Shown here piece after piece: positions 18,946 to 28,175 of a stretch of DNA of 52,868 nt. The notes below the pieces were generated by a model. That model was not told the origin of the DNA. It saw only the letters and a program-made list of their open reading frames with translations, and made no database searches. This stretch comes from Candidatus Latescibacterota bacterium. Its GTDB lineage: Bacteria; Latescibacterota; UBA2968. Each line of letters opens with the position of its first letter. Position 1 is the first letter of the stretch. The stretch lies in NCBI GenBank assembly GCA_022822565.1, contig JAJEAX010000047.1, positions 1-52,868 on the forward strand, given 5' to 3'. The translations under genes and the position numbers were made by a program.

Positions 18946-19078
18946 CATTTTTTATTTTAGATTATATTTCGTCTTTTAGTTTAACAATGGTTCGGACAGA
19001 ATTAAGCGGCAATATTGCCATAGGACGTCCAGCACCACACCTGCCATCTACCGCCTGCCTGTTCGAAACATCCGATCC

Positions 19079-20485
19079 CTAGGAAGTTCTAAGCCTCTGT
19101 ACTTCTCGTAATGCATGAATTCGATCCGTATCGCCGGGATCGCTGGCTTCTTCCATCAGTTCGCGCATCTTCGCCTCCAGGCTCTCCCGCAGGGCAGCAT
19201 GTTCGGGATCATCAACTAGGTTTTTCATCTGATAGGGATCCACTTGGTTGTCATACAGCAGCCAAGGGCCGTGGTCGAAGAGATAGGCGTAGGTGTGACG
19301 CATCGTGCGGACGCCTCGCCACGGGGTGATGGCATTCTCGTGAACTCCACCGTGCACCAGCTTCATGAGGAGCAACGCATCCCGGTTATCGGAAGATTCA
19401 CCCCGCATCGCGTTGGACATATCCTCTCCATCCGTCTCTGGACACTCGATGCCCGCAAGCGCCAGAAGCGACGGCATCAGGTCAATGGGGGCGATCAGAG
19501 CGTCACTGCGTCCTCCGGCTGGCACCTTTCCCGGGTATTCGACCAGGAACGGAACCCGAATCGATTCCTCGAAGGGGCTGTTCTTCTGAATCATCCAATG
19601 GCTTCCGATCATATCCCCATGGTCTGAGGTGAACACCAGGATCGTATCATCAGCAAGGTTTGCCTTCCTGAGTGACTCACGTATCCTGCCGACATAATCA
19701 TCCAACGCTGCCGTGTGTGCGTAGTATCCCTGAAGAGCTTCCTTCAGCCGATCATTATTGTCGAGGATGGCACGGCGCATCTCTCGTTTGACCGCCGTTT
19801 CCTCGTCCGGTTCATCCCGCTCCATTAGATGATCAATCACCTCTCTCTCAGCCACATTCTCTCGCAGCTCGATGCGGTCCAGCGAGATCCTTTCCCTGTA
19901 CTCCTCGGGAACCTGGTCATACGGGTCGTGAGGCGGTCCCCAGGAAACAAACAAGCAGAACGGCCGATTCTGGTTCTCTTCGATGAAGTCGATTGCCAGA
20001 TTGGTCTGGATCGCTGCATCATAGCCTTCGAAGTGGATTTCCTCGGGCGTCTCCGTGCAGTAGAAGTGATCCATGTATTGGTGGGTACAGTTGTTTACAG
20101 CCCAGTATTCGAACCCCTGGCGCCGTTCCCTCGGAACGAATGGGTCCCGATTCGATTCCAGGTGCCACTTGCCAATGTACCCAGTGTAGTAACCTTGGGA
20201 TTTGAACGCTGTCGCAATGGTCGGGAGATCATCCCGCATGCCCGTGTCGTTGCTCACCGTTCCATTCGCCATTGGATACCTTCCGGTGAGCAGCATGGCA
20301 CGATACGGCGAACAGAGGGGATAGATACTGATCATGTTGTCCAGCACCACTCCCGAAGCTGCCATTTCGTCCAGATGTGGCGTATGTACGAATGTATTGC
20401 CGTAGCAACCCAGGACGTGCGCACGCATCTGGTCCGCAAAGATAAAAACGATGTTGGGAAGTCTTCCCTCATTCTGGCTGTTCAT
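19079..20485 (-). CDS. Cys-type sulfatase (S1 family), no signal peptide
   Basis: RLPNIVFIFADQMR and the formylglycine motif CSPYRAMLLTGR are present, followed by GKWH and SDHGD. The N-terminus MNSQNEG lacks a hydrophobic leader. Confidence 0.9.
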   Translation of the reverse strand: MNSQNEGRLPNIVFIFADQMRAHVLGCYGNTFVHTPHLDEMAASGVVLDNMISIYPLCSPYRAMLLTGRYPMANGTVSNDTGMRDDLPTIATAFKSQGYYTGYIGKWHLESNRDPFVPRERRQGFEYWAVNNCTHQYMDHFYCTETPEEIHFEGYDAAIQTNLAIDFIEENQNRPFCLFVSWGPPHDPYDQVPEEYRERISLDRIELRENVAEREVIDHLMERDEPDEETAVKREMRRAILDNNDRLKEALQGYYAHTAALDDYVGRIRESLRKANLADDTILVFTSDHGDMIGSHWMIQKNSPFEESIRVPFLVEYPGKVPAGGRSDALIAPIDLMPSLLALAGIECPETDGEDMSNAMRGESSDNRDALLLMKLVHGGVHENAITPWRGVRTMRHTYAYLFDHGPWLLYDNQVDPYQMKNLVDDPEHAALRESLEAKMRELMEEASDPGDTDRIHALREVQRLRTS

Positions 20486-20567
20486 GCGATCCCCCTGTTG
20501 TATTGACTCATAGAAATCCCGATTATGAAACAGTACATATGCTGTCTAGCCGGGAATTCGAGTGCAG

Positions 20568-21299
20568 CTAAATGGGGCGGCGGGCAATGCTGAAAGATTG
20601 CGCAATAGGCCCATGCGAAGGCTGGGTAGCGAGGAAGAGGGCGACGGGGACGACGTCCTCGGTGGCCTTGACCCGCTCGCTGGGATTCGTAACATGGGTA
20701 GAGCCGACCCGGCTGGAATCCCGGGAAGCCACAGGGCCGGGGACGAGTTCGTTGACGTTTATGCCGTGTTCCCAGACTTCTTCGGCCAGGCAGCGGGTGA
20801 ACATCCACTGGCCAGCTTTGCCCACATGATAGGCGGAGTTTTTGGGCCCGGAAGTGTGGCCCATGCCCGAGCCCATATTGATGATATGGCCGCCGCCAGC
20901 CTGGATCATCAAGGGCAAGAGGGCGTGCGTGACGAGGTAGGCACTGATGAGGTTGGTGGTAACGTCTTTGATCCAGCGTTCAGGATCGCTGTTGAGGAAC
21001 GGATTACTTTCAATGACGCCACCGGCGTTATTAACGAGGAGATCGATTTTGCCGTAGATCTCTTTGATCCGATCGGCCATGCCCTGAACCTGAGCGTTGA
21101 CAGTGACGTCGGTGGGGATGACCAGGGCATTGGGTCCGATGCTCTGGATCTCACTTGCGACTTCTTCTAATCGCTCTCTGGTACGAGCGACGAGGCAGAT
21201 GTCAGCACCTTCACGGGCAAATGCGATGGCGATGGCTTTGCCGATGCCCTGTCCGCCACCGGTGACGACGGCGATTTTTCCTTCGAGCTGCCTCAACAT
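20568..21299 (-). CDS. short-chain dehydrogenase/reductase (SDR)
   Basis: TGGGQGIGKAIA, NNAG and catalytic YHVGK motifs are present. It is a paralog of 43789..44529. Confidence 0.85.
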   Translation of the reverse strand: MLRQLEGKIAVVTGGGQGIGKAIAIAFAREGADICLVARTRERLEEVASEIQSIGPNALVIPTDVTVNAQVQGMADRIKEIYGKIDLLVNNAGGVIESNPFLNSDPERWIKDVTTNLISAYLVTHALLPLMIQAGGGHIINMGSGMGHTSGPKNSAYHVGKAGQWMFTRCLAEEVWEHGINVNELVPGPVASRDSSRVGSTHVTNPSERVKATEDVVPVALFLATQPSHGPIAQSFSIARRPI

Positions 21300-21347
21300 C
21301 GGGGACTCCTTGTCTATCAGGGAGAGTATCTGGACCCGGGTCAGGAT

Positions 21348-22187
21348 CTACCCGCGTCGCTGTAGGGGATCGTGTGCACGGACCTCCAGGTGTGGCCCGA
21401 ATCCCTCGATACCCAGACGAACGGTGAAGCCGTCATAGATGTTTGACAGGGCTTCGTGATGAGTTCCGGTACCAATTACATCCCCCGGTTCCAGTGTGAC
21501 GACGTTTGTGAATTCCGCCACCAGTTCCGGAATGTGGCGGGCCATTTGGGAAGTCGAAAAATCATGCTTGAGAGTGTCGTTGACCCACAGCTTCATCAAA
21601 AGCTCATTCGGTGTGGATATCTCATCGGCCGTCACCAGGGCTGGCCCCAGGGGGGAGAATGTGTCCCAGCTTTTCACCAAGAAGCCGCCGCCGTACAACC
21701 CGCGAGCCGAAACATCCATGAACTGGGTGTACCCGAAAACGTGATCAAGCACTTCTGCTTCCGAGAGGCGAGAGGCGCGCTTGCCAATGACCACAGCCAA
21801 CTCAGGCTCAAACTCGAATCTGCTGGCCTCGACGGTTGGGAGCTCAACGGTACTGCCGGTTGGAACCACGCTGGAGCTAGCCTTGAAATAAGCGTCGAAC
21901 GGTTCACGCTCCGGCTGTCTCGGCTCCAAGTAATTGCCAGCAGCGCAATACAGGCTCCGAGGACGGGGGAGCGGCGGCCGCAAGGTGACCGAATCAAGCG
22001 GTGTACGCGTTCCACTGCTTACGGTGCGCGCGATTCTGGATTGCATCGCATCCCAGTCGCAGATGATCATTTCCATCATCTCTTGTGGACTGTGATGGCC
22101 CAGGTCGGCTACAGCATCGCCAGCATCAACAACCGTATCACCCTGCAGAACACCCAGTTGAAAGTCATCATAAAGCACAAGTTTCAT
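21348..22187 (-). CDS. fumarylacetoacetate hydrolase (FAH) family hydrolase/hydratase
   Basis: FEPELAVVIG (metal-binding E-x-E), a FMDVSAR Asp and a PGDVIGTGT tail are present. It is a paralog of 27175..28068. Confidence 0.85.
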   Translation of the reverse strand: MKLVLYDDFQLGVLQGDTVVDAGDAVADLGHHSPQEMMEMIICDWDAMQSRIARTVSSGTRTPLDSVTLRPPLPRPRSLYCAAGNYLEPRQPEREPFDAYFKASSSVVPTGSTVELPTVEASRFEFEPELAVVIGKRASRLSEAEVLDHVFGYTQFMDVSARGLYGGGFLVKSWDTFSPLGPALVTADEISTPNELLMKLWVNDTLKHDFSTSQMARHIPELVAEFTNVVTLEPGDVIGTGTHHEALSNIYDGFTVRLGIEGFGPHLEVRAHDPLQRRG

Positions 22188-22326
22188 GGCCTTCTCCTCA
22201 ATAGAACTGCTTCGTGGTCTCGTCGAATGGCCTTCAGGCCCTCCACAACTTCGGGATGGTCTCCGGCCAGATCATTCAATTGTGTAGAAATTTCGTCTGC
22301 CGTTCGAAGAGCAGCAAACGAAGATA

Positions 22327-22512
22327 TCAGGCTGGAAAGAGCTGGGCCCCGCCATCAACGCGCAGCACCTGTCCTGATACGTACGAGGAATCACTTGTAA
22401 CGAAAAATTCTACGACCCTGGCACCGAGGCTTGCGAGATGCGCAGCAACGACTCGACCAATGCCACGCGAAGAACCCGTCACCCAGGCCATTTTGTCCTC
22501 CAAACGCTTCAC
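22327..22512 (-). pseudogene. internally deleted SDR remnant (61 aa)
   Basis: The N-terminal cofactor motif WVTGSSRGIGRVVA is joined directly to an SDR C-terminus, SSYVSGQVLRVDGG. The catalytic core is missing. An intact AGGAG RBS and a GTG start are retained. Confidence 0.7.
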
Positions 22513-22787
22513 GTATATCTCCTAACTACGAGGTGAACAAAAACGGGATAGCCATACGGGATAGCCATAGTAGACTTGATCCGGTTGTGTTGCCCAGCAA
22601 AGGGCACATGGATGAAACTGCACCATCTCAATGGGGAGTATGACTTGTGAAACCATTGGCATTGTAGTGTACGCCAGGTCTGCATTGAATTCACAGTCCT
22701 GATTTCTCCACACGATGATATGCTGAAGCAGATAGGTGAGCACATCGTGAAGCCGTTTCTCAATTGTGTCTACGTCCCCTTTCGCCC

Positions 22788-23768
22788 CTACTCGACCCAG
22801 ATATCAGGCTGTGTATCCACCCCGTGGGCGGCGAACACGCCGTCCAGTTCTTCACGGTCCGTTTCATTCAGCGTAATCTTGAGTGCGCCCATATTCGCTT
22901 CGACTTCTTCGGGCGTTCGTGCACCGACAAGCGCCACGCTTATGGCCGGGTTGGAGAGGACCCACGCAAGGGCCAGGTGATACAGCTCGACGCCGAGACC
23001 AGTCGCAATCTTTTTAAGGTCTGCAACGACCTTCAGGTTTCGAGGGAAATTCTCTTTGGTGAACAGAGGCATGTTGAATGCACCGCCCTGCGCGCGCCAG
23101 TCCTTGCCTTCTTCGAACGTCGTCGTTTCGTCAAACGTGCCCGTGAGAAGCCCATGTGCGAGGGATCCGTATCCCATCATGCCGATGCCCTGTTCCCAGC
23201 AGTAGGGAAACACGTCTTTCTCCATTCGTCGGTCGAACATGTGATACCCGTATTGACCGACGTCGACACGTCTCGTCTTCATGCACTGAGCGATTTCTTC
23301 CGCCTTAAAGTTGGAAAGGCCGACGAATCTCGCCTTTCCCTGCTGCACGATGTCTTCCAGAGCCCGCATCGTCTCATCAAAGGGAACCTCACGGTCCGGC
23401 CAGTGGTTCAGGTAGACGTCCACGTAGTCCGTGTCAAGGAACTTCAAGGACGCCTCGATCGAGGCCATGGCTCGCTCTCGACTGCCATCTCTCCGATTTT
23501 CTTTTTCCATGTATCCGACCCCGAACTTCGTCACCAAGATAATATCCTTCCGCCTCGATCCCAGGCTCTTTGCCAAGATCTCTTCGGACCGTCCCATGCC
23601 ATATCCCTGAGCCGTGTCGAAACAGTTGATCCCCAAGTCCAGTGCCTTGTGAATCGCTTTCACGACCTGGTTCTCATCGAAGTGCCCGTACTGGCCTCCT
23701 ATCTCCCAGCACCCGAATCCGATGGCGGAAACTTCCATCCCTGTTTTGCCAAATGGCCGATAGTCCAT
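22788..23768 (-). CDS. aldo/keto reductase
   Basis: MDYRPFGKTGMEVSAIGFGCWEIGG, FDTAQGYG and LVTKFG are AKR signatures. GGAGG precedes ATG 23768. Confidence 0.9.
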   Translation of the reverse strand: MDYRPFGKTGMEVSAIGFGCWEIGGQYGHFDENQVVKAIHKALDLGINCFDTAQGYGMGRSEEILAKSLGSRRKDIILVTKFGVGYMEKENRRDGSRERAMASIEASLKFLDTDYVDVYLNHWPDREVPFDETMRALEDIVQQGKARFVGLSNFKAEEIAQCMKTRRVDVGQYGYHMFDRRMEKDVFPYCWEQGIGMMGYGSLAHGLLTGTFDETTTFEEGKDWRAQGGAFNMPLFTKENFPRNLKVVADLKKIATGLGVELYHLALAWVLSNPAISVALVGARTPEEVEANMGALKITLNETDREELDGVFAAHGVDTQPDIWVE

Positions 23769-23906
23769 CGTCGCTCCTCCTCTCAATTGTAATGAATGTA
23801 GACTTACCTATGGGTATGCCAACGCAGGCTTCTTGACGAGCCCAAGTCAGCCACACTTGTCTTTAAGGAGTCGGCGGTCCCACCCAGGTATTCGCGCAAA
23901 GACACG

Positions 23907-25346
23907 TCAAGCGCGTTGTTCTTCCAGATCCCTGGAGATCTCGGCTGCCTTCTCTTCATCGATCGGATAGGTCTTCAGTAGAAAAATGCCACCGACCGCA
24001 AGAATGCTCGGCAAACCGGCGAACAAAATTCGCATCCATTCGACGACCCCCGGATCCTGCACGGCTCCTTTCGTTGCATCGAATCCGATAATGGACAATA
24101 CATACCCGGACCCAAACGCGAACGTAAGCGATTGAGTAAGTTTCTGAACCCATCCTGCGGCTGCCCCGTACATTCCTTCTCTGCGGTATCCCGTCTTCCA
24201 CTCATCCCAGTCACAGACGTCGGCCTTCATCGATCCAATCAGCAGCCAGAAACCCGTTTCTCCAATTCGGAGAAAGGGTTGCACAACCAACTGTAGATAG
24301 GGCATGGATGGCGTATACGTAAACCACTTCAGAATCGATCCGATCAGGATGAACCAGAGGCAGATGTTCACCGTTCTGATTTTTCCAAATCGCATAGAAA
24401 ACCAGGTGAGGAGTGGGATGGACGCAAATGCTGTGGCGGTTCCTACGACTCCGCCAATTCCCTGTAATTCCGCCCCAAACTTCGTGTCACCAGCTGCGAC
24501 GTGGTAGATGTTCACATAAGGTCCCAAAGCCAGGTGAAAGTTCGAGCCAAAAATGGCGACGATAACCAGCCCCGCAAGCACGAGGAACGGCTGGGTCTTC
24601 ATGGTTGTCTTTATCGCCCATCCGATCGGTATCTTTTCCTGCTTTGCAGCTTTCTCGGCGTGCCCCTCGCGAACAAATAATACGCTTGGCATCGCTAAGA
24701 GGAAAATGAGAATCCCCAATCCAAGTCCGACCCATCTGACTCCGGTCATTGTGTCTACAAAAACATCCAACTGGCAGAAAAAGTACAAATATAACAACAG
24801 GACCTTCGATAGCTGAGCAAACGCAGCGCGGTACGCGAAGATAACTGTGCGCTCGTGGTAGTCAGGGCTCATCTCAAATCCCAGGGCGTTGTAGGAAACT
24901 GACAGAACCGTGACACACGTATACAGACCCACACTTCCGAGAACGAAATAGGTGAACAAACTGCCATTCGGGCTCAGGCCATTGGGAACGTGAAAGATAA
25001 GAGCATAGGCAACGGCACACAGGGCCGAGCCCAAGAAAACATAAGGCCGGCGACGTCCCCATCGCGATTTTGTATTGTCGCTCAGCCACCCCATTAATGG
25101 ATCGGTAAACGCATCCCACATGCGCATGATTACGAGTGCATGTCCCACAAGCGTCGTGCTCATGCCAAGCGTAATATTGAAGATGGGGCCTGCGAGCGTC
25201 TTCATGCCATTGATCGCCATATCAAATGCCGCTACCCCGCTTCCGTACGCCAGCAATTCGGACCTTGGAATAGGTTCGTGACTGGCCTCTATTCTCTCGC
25301 CTCGCGGCCCGGTCTCGTTCGATTCAACATTTTCTGGTTTATCCAA
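23907..25346 (-). CDS. glycoside-pentoside-hexuronide (GPH):cation symporter family transporter
   Basis: LLAYGSG..DAFTDPLMGWLSDNTKSRWGRRRPY is the GPH hallmark. I place the start at TTG 25346, which lies 5 nt after GGGAGG. The longer track ORF N-terminus (to 25511) is non-membrane and probably untranslated. Confidence 0.8.
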   Translation of the reverse strand: MDKPENVESNETGPRGERIEASHEPIPRSELLAYGSGVAAFDMAINGMKTLAGPIFNITLGMSTTLVGHALVIMRMWDAFTDPLMGWLSDNTKSRWGRRRPYVFLGSALCAVAYALIFHVPNGLSPNGSLFTYFVLGSVGLYTCVTVLSVSYNALGFEMSPDYHERTVIFAYRAAFAQLSKVLLLYLYFFCQLDVFVDTMTGVRWVGLGLGILIFLLAMPSVLFVREGHAEKAAKQEKIPIGWAIKTTMKTQPFLVLAGLVIVAIFGSNFHLALGPYVNIYHVAAGDTKFGAELQGIGGVVGTATAFASIPLLTWFSMRFGKIRTVNICLWFILIGSILKWFTYTPSMPYLQLVVQPFLRIGETGFWLLIGSMKADVCDWDEWKTGYRREGMYGAAAGWVQKLTQSLTFAFGSGYVLSIIGFDATKGAVQDPGVVEWMRILFAGLPSILAVGGIFLLKTYPIDEEKAAEISRDLEEQRA

Positions 25347-25604
25347 ATGAACCTCCCGAATATTCCTTTCTACGTCTTTGACAATGGGCAACCGAACGCG
25401 AACCAACGCAGACCCAGATTCTCCTGCAAAATGTCTGATCACCCGTTTCAAAACCCATTCACCAACGATAGTATCTCGCAGAGCGCGGCATGTGTTTTGC
25501 GGGCAACGCACTCAAATCGGGTTCATTAGCACTCAGGAGATTACGAATGAGCGTATCCAATTGGGGAAAGATTCACAGAAACGCCACTCCCCGACCAGGG
25601 CCGC

Positions 25605-27059
25605 TTATTTATTCACCCACCAACCGCTATAACGGCTGGTACTGGATACGAGCCAATCATCCAGAGCTCGCTCTAGACGGCGGCGTGTTTCCCCATGGCC
25701 GGGGTCATCCCACAGATCCACCTGTTCATTCGGATCCGATTCGAGATCGAACAGCTGTCCCTCGCCCTTCCCCCGATAATCAACCAGCTTGTAGCGTTCT
25801 CCTCGCACCATATAGAGGTAGCCGATATCCTGAAGCATTGGGTCCGGTGCGTGTTCCGAGAAGACATACTGACGTTGATCCGTTTCTCCATCACCTTCCA
25901 TGAAGGGTAGCAGGCTCTTTGCCTCCATAGGGTAAGCCTGCTTCGCACCAGCCAACTCCAAGACCGTCGGACCGATATCAAACCATTGTGTCAGGGCCTC
26001 GACAACCCGGTTTCCCTGATATCGTTCAGGTGCCCACACCACCAGCGGCACACGCACGGAGGAATCGTACATATTCCACTTCTCTACCAGGCCGTGGTCG
26101 CCCAGGCAGTCTCCATGGTCGGAAGTGAAGATCACCACAGAATTGTCCAACATGCCGCGCTGTTCCAGCGCAGCCAGAATCCGACCGACCTGCTCATCAA
26201 TCATCGTCACATTGGCCAGATAGTAAGCCCGCTGCCGCTGCCGCTGTTCGTCCGAGGCCAGCGGATCAAAGTCGATCGAGTCGGCTTTGCGTTCCTCAAT
26301 GCGAGCCCGGAGGGATTTTAGCGTTTCCGGTTGTCCGTCCATCTCTGCTTCAGTTACTGGCATGATGTTCAGATCGCGCTCCAGATAGGAATCGGCATAG
26401 TGCTCAATTGGATCGAAAGGAGGGTGAGGCCCCGGGAATCCGATCTGCAGGAAAAGCGGATCTTCCATCTCATCGGGAGCCTTCTTGATCCAGCGGAGTG
26501 CCAAATCGCCGACATAGACATCGGGGTGTAAGTCTTCGGGCAGTTTCCATTCAAAGCAACCCTGCCGCTCTCGAGAATCAGGCCAAGCGATGTAGTCCGG
26601 TTTCTCCGGACGTTCAAACCCCCGTGCGGCTAGGGCCTTGTCCCATTCGTCGTCGAAAACGTGCGGGTTGCCGGTCCAGAACGGCTCGGCTAAACGGCGT
26701 TGTTTGTTCTCCACCACAAACCGTTCGTGGAACCCGTGCATGTGACTGTAGGGATCGGCATGCATTTTGCCGACGTTGACGCAATAGTAGCCCGCCTCTC
26801 GGAGGTCCTGGACCCAGAGCCGCGGCCAAGGGTCATTGTTGCGCTGAACTCCGCTGTTGTGCGGGAAGTGGCCCGTGAACAAACTGGCTCGCGATGGTCC
26901 ACAAGACGGTGCGGTCACATGACACTGGGAGAAGGCGACGCCTTCGGTGACCAGGCGATCGAGATGAGGTGTATCCACATGCGGGTACCCAAGCGCCCCG
27001 ATCGTTTCGTAGCGCTGCTGGTCGGTGATGATCAGAACTATGTTGGGTTGATCATTCAT
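25605..27059 (-). CDS. Cys-type sulfatase (S1 family), no signal peptide
   Basis: PNIVLIITDQQR, CGPSRASLFTG, GKMH and SDHGD motifs are present. Confidence 0.9.
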   Translation of the reverse strand: MNDQPNIVLIITDQQRYETIGALGYPHVDTPHLDRLVTEGVAFSQCHVTAPSCGPSRASLFTGHFPHNSGVQRNNDPWPRLWVQDLREAGYYCVNVGKMHADPYSHMHGFHERFVVENKQRRLAEPFWTGNPHVFDDEWDKALAARGFERPEKPDYIAWPDSRERQGCFEWKLPEDLHPDVYVGDLALRWIKKAPDEMEDPLFLQIGFPGPHPPFDPIEHYADSYLERDLNIMPVTEAEMDGQPETLKSLRARIEERKADSIDFDPLASDEQRQRQRAYYLANVTMIDEQVGRILAALEQRGMLDNSVVIFTSDHGDCLGDHGLVEKWNMYDSSVRVPLVVWAPERYQGNRVVEALTQWFDIGPTVLELAGAKQAYPMEAKSLLPFMEGDGETDQRQYVFSEHAPDPMLQDIGYLYMVRGERYKLVDYRGKGEGQLFDLESDPNEQVDLWDDPGHGETRRRLERALDDWLVSSTSRYSGWWVNK

Positions 27060-27174
27060 AATAAGAGATCAATTCCTCAATTTATTGGGTTGAAGTGCTA
27101 CCTTAACGTAGCTGGAGCACTAAATCTTCAATCGTGATTTTCGAGGCGAAGCAGGTCTTCTATATCAACCTATT

Positions 27175-28068
27175 TTACCAGTGTCGCTTCAGGGAATCGT
27201 GGACGCTGACCTCGAGATGTGGCCCGAATCCCTCGATACCCAGTCGAACCTTGAAGCCGTCTTGAATGGGTGGCAGGGCTTCGTGAAGGGTGCCGGTGCC
27301 AACCACGTCCCCCGGTTCCAGAGTCATTACATTTGTGATTTCCTCCAGTAATTCCGCAATGTGGCGGGCCAATTCGCCTGTCGAATAATCATACTTGAGG
27401 GTGCCGTTGACCCACAGCTTCACCGGTAGGTCATCCGGAGCTGATACCTCATCGGCCGTCACCAGGGCCGGACCCAAGGGCGCGAATGTGCGCCAGCTCT
27501 TTACCATGATCGAAAATGTGAGCACTTCCCCGTCGTAGCCACCAGGTACTTCGAGAGCCGAAACATCAATGAACTGGGTATACCCGAAGACGTAGTCGAG
27601 TGCCTCTGCCTGCGAGAGGCGGGAGGCTCGCCTGCCGATGACCACAGCCAGCTCAGGCTCAAAGTCGAACTTTCTGGCTTCAACAGGAGGGAGTTCAACG
27701 GTACTGCCGGTTGGAACGATGCTGGAGCTGGCCTTGAAATAGCCATCGAACGGCGCATTTTCGGGCGTCCTCGGCTCCAAGTCGGGGTTGCGGCCAGGTC
27801 GAAAGCCATACGTGAAAGAATCTGTGCAGAAGAACTTACCGGGGCGGGGCAGCGGTGGCTGCAAGGTGACCGAATCGAGCGGTGTACCCGTTCCACTGCT
27901 TATGACACCTTCAATTTTGGGCTGCATCGCATCCCAGGCGCAGATGATCATTTCCATCATCTCTTGTGGACTGTGATGACCCAAGTCGGCTACGGCATCG
28001 CCAGCATCAACAACCGTATCGCCCCGCAAAACACCCAGTTGATAGTCATCATAGAGCACGAGTTTCAT
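27175..28068 (-). CDS. FAH family hydrolase/hydratase (paralog of 21348..22187)
   Basis: The first ~45 aa are nearly identical to the paralog (MKLVLYDDYQLGVL.GDTVVDAGDAVADLGHHSPQEMMEMIIC). FEPELAVVIG and PGDVVGTGT are present. Confidence 0.85.
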   Translation of the reverse strand: MKLVLYDDYQLGVLRGDTVVDAGDAVADLGHHSPQEMMEMIICAWDAMQPKIEGVISSGTGTPLDSVTLQPPLPRPGKFFCTDSFTYGFRPGRNPDLEPRTPENAPFDGYFKASSSIVPTGSTVELPPVEARKFDFEPELAVVIGRRASRLSQAEALDYVFGYTQFIDVSALEVPGGYDGEVLTFSIMVKSWRTFAPLGPALVTADEVSAPDDLPVKLWVNGTLKYDYSTGELARHIAELLEEITNVMTLEPGDVVGTGTLHEALPPIQDGFKVRLGIEGFGPHLEVSVHDSLKRHW

Positions 28069-28123
28069 GACAATCTCCTTGGAGAATACTGCTTTTAGTG
28101 TGTCGATTACGCCAGTTCAATAA

Positions 28124-28169
28124 GGGTTCGAACAGAATCGATGCCTGCATAGGCTCCCTCCCTTTGCTT
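28124..28169 (-). pseudogene. 46-bp scar: RBS plus first codons of the Zn-ADH gene (copy of 33814..33859)
   Basis: GGGTTCGAACAGAATCGATGCCTGCATAGG[C/T]TCCCTCCCTT[T/C]GCTT is shared with the true ADH start region. Here it sits between the membrane-protein stop and the FAH start. Confidence 0.7.
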
Positions 28170-28175
28170 GAAGTC

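Noticed and set aside
18691-18948. 85-aa ORF upstream of the methyltransferase, considered as a possible restriction or controller gene
   Set aside because: Its first 15 codons are encoded by the terminator hairpin of the sulfatase operon. It has no RBS and no recognisable motif, and it lies in AT-rich sequence where chance ORFs are common.
22543-22568. Tandem 13-bp duplication ACGGGATAGCCAT x2
   Set aside because: There are only two units, located in a non-coding spacer upstream of the SDR remnant. This is most simply a replication-slippage duplication, not a repeat array or CRISPR.
22764-23792. 342-aa plus-strand ORF covering the whole AKR gene on the opposite strand
   Set aside because: The minus-strand product has unmistakable aldo/keto reductase motifs and a GGAGG RBS. 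The plus-strand translation is low-complexity and Arg/His/Val-rich, with no motif. This is a typical antisense shadow ORF.
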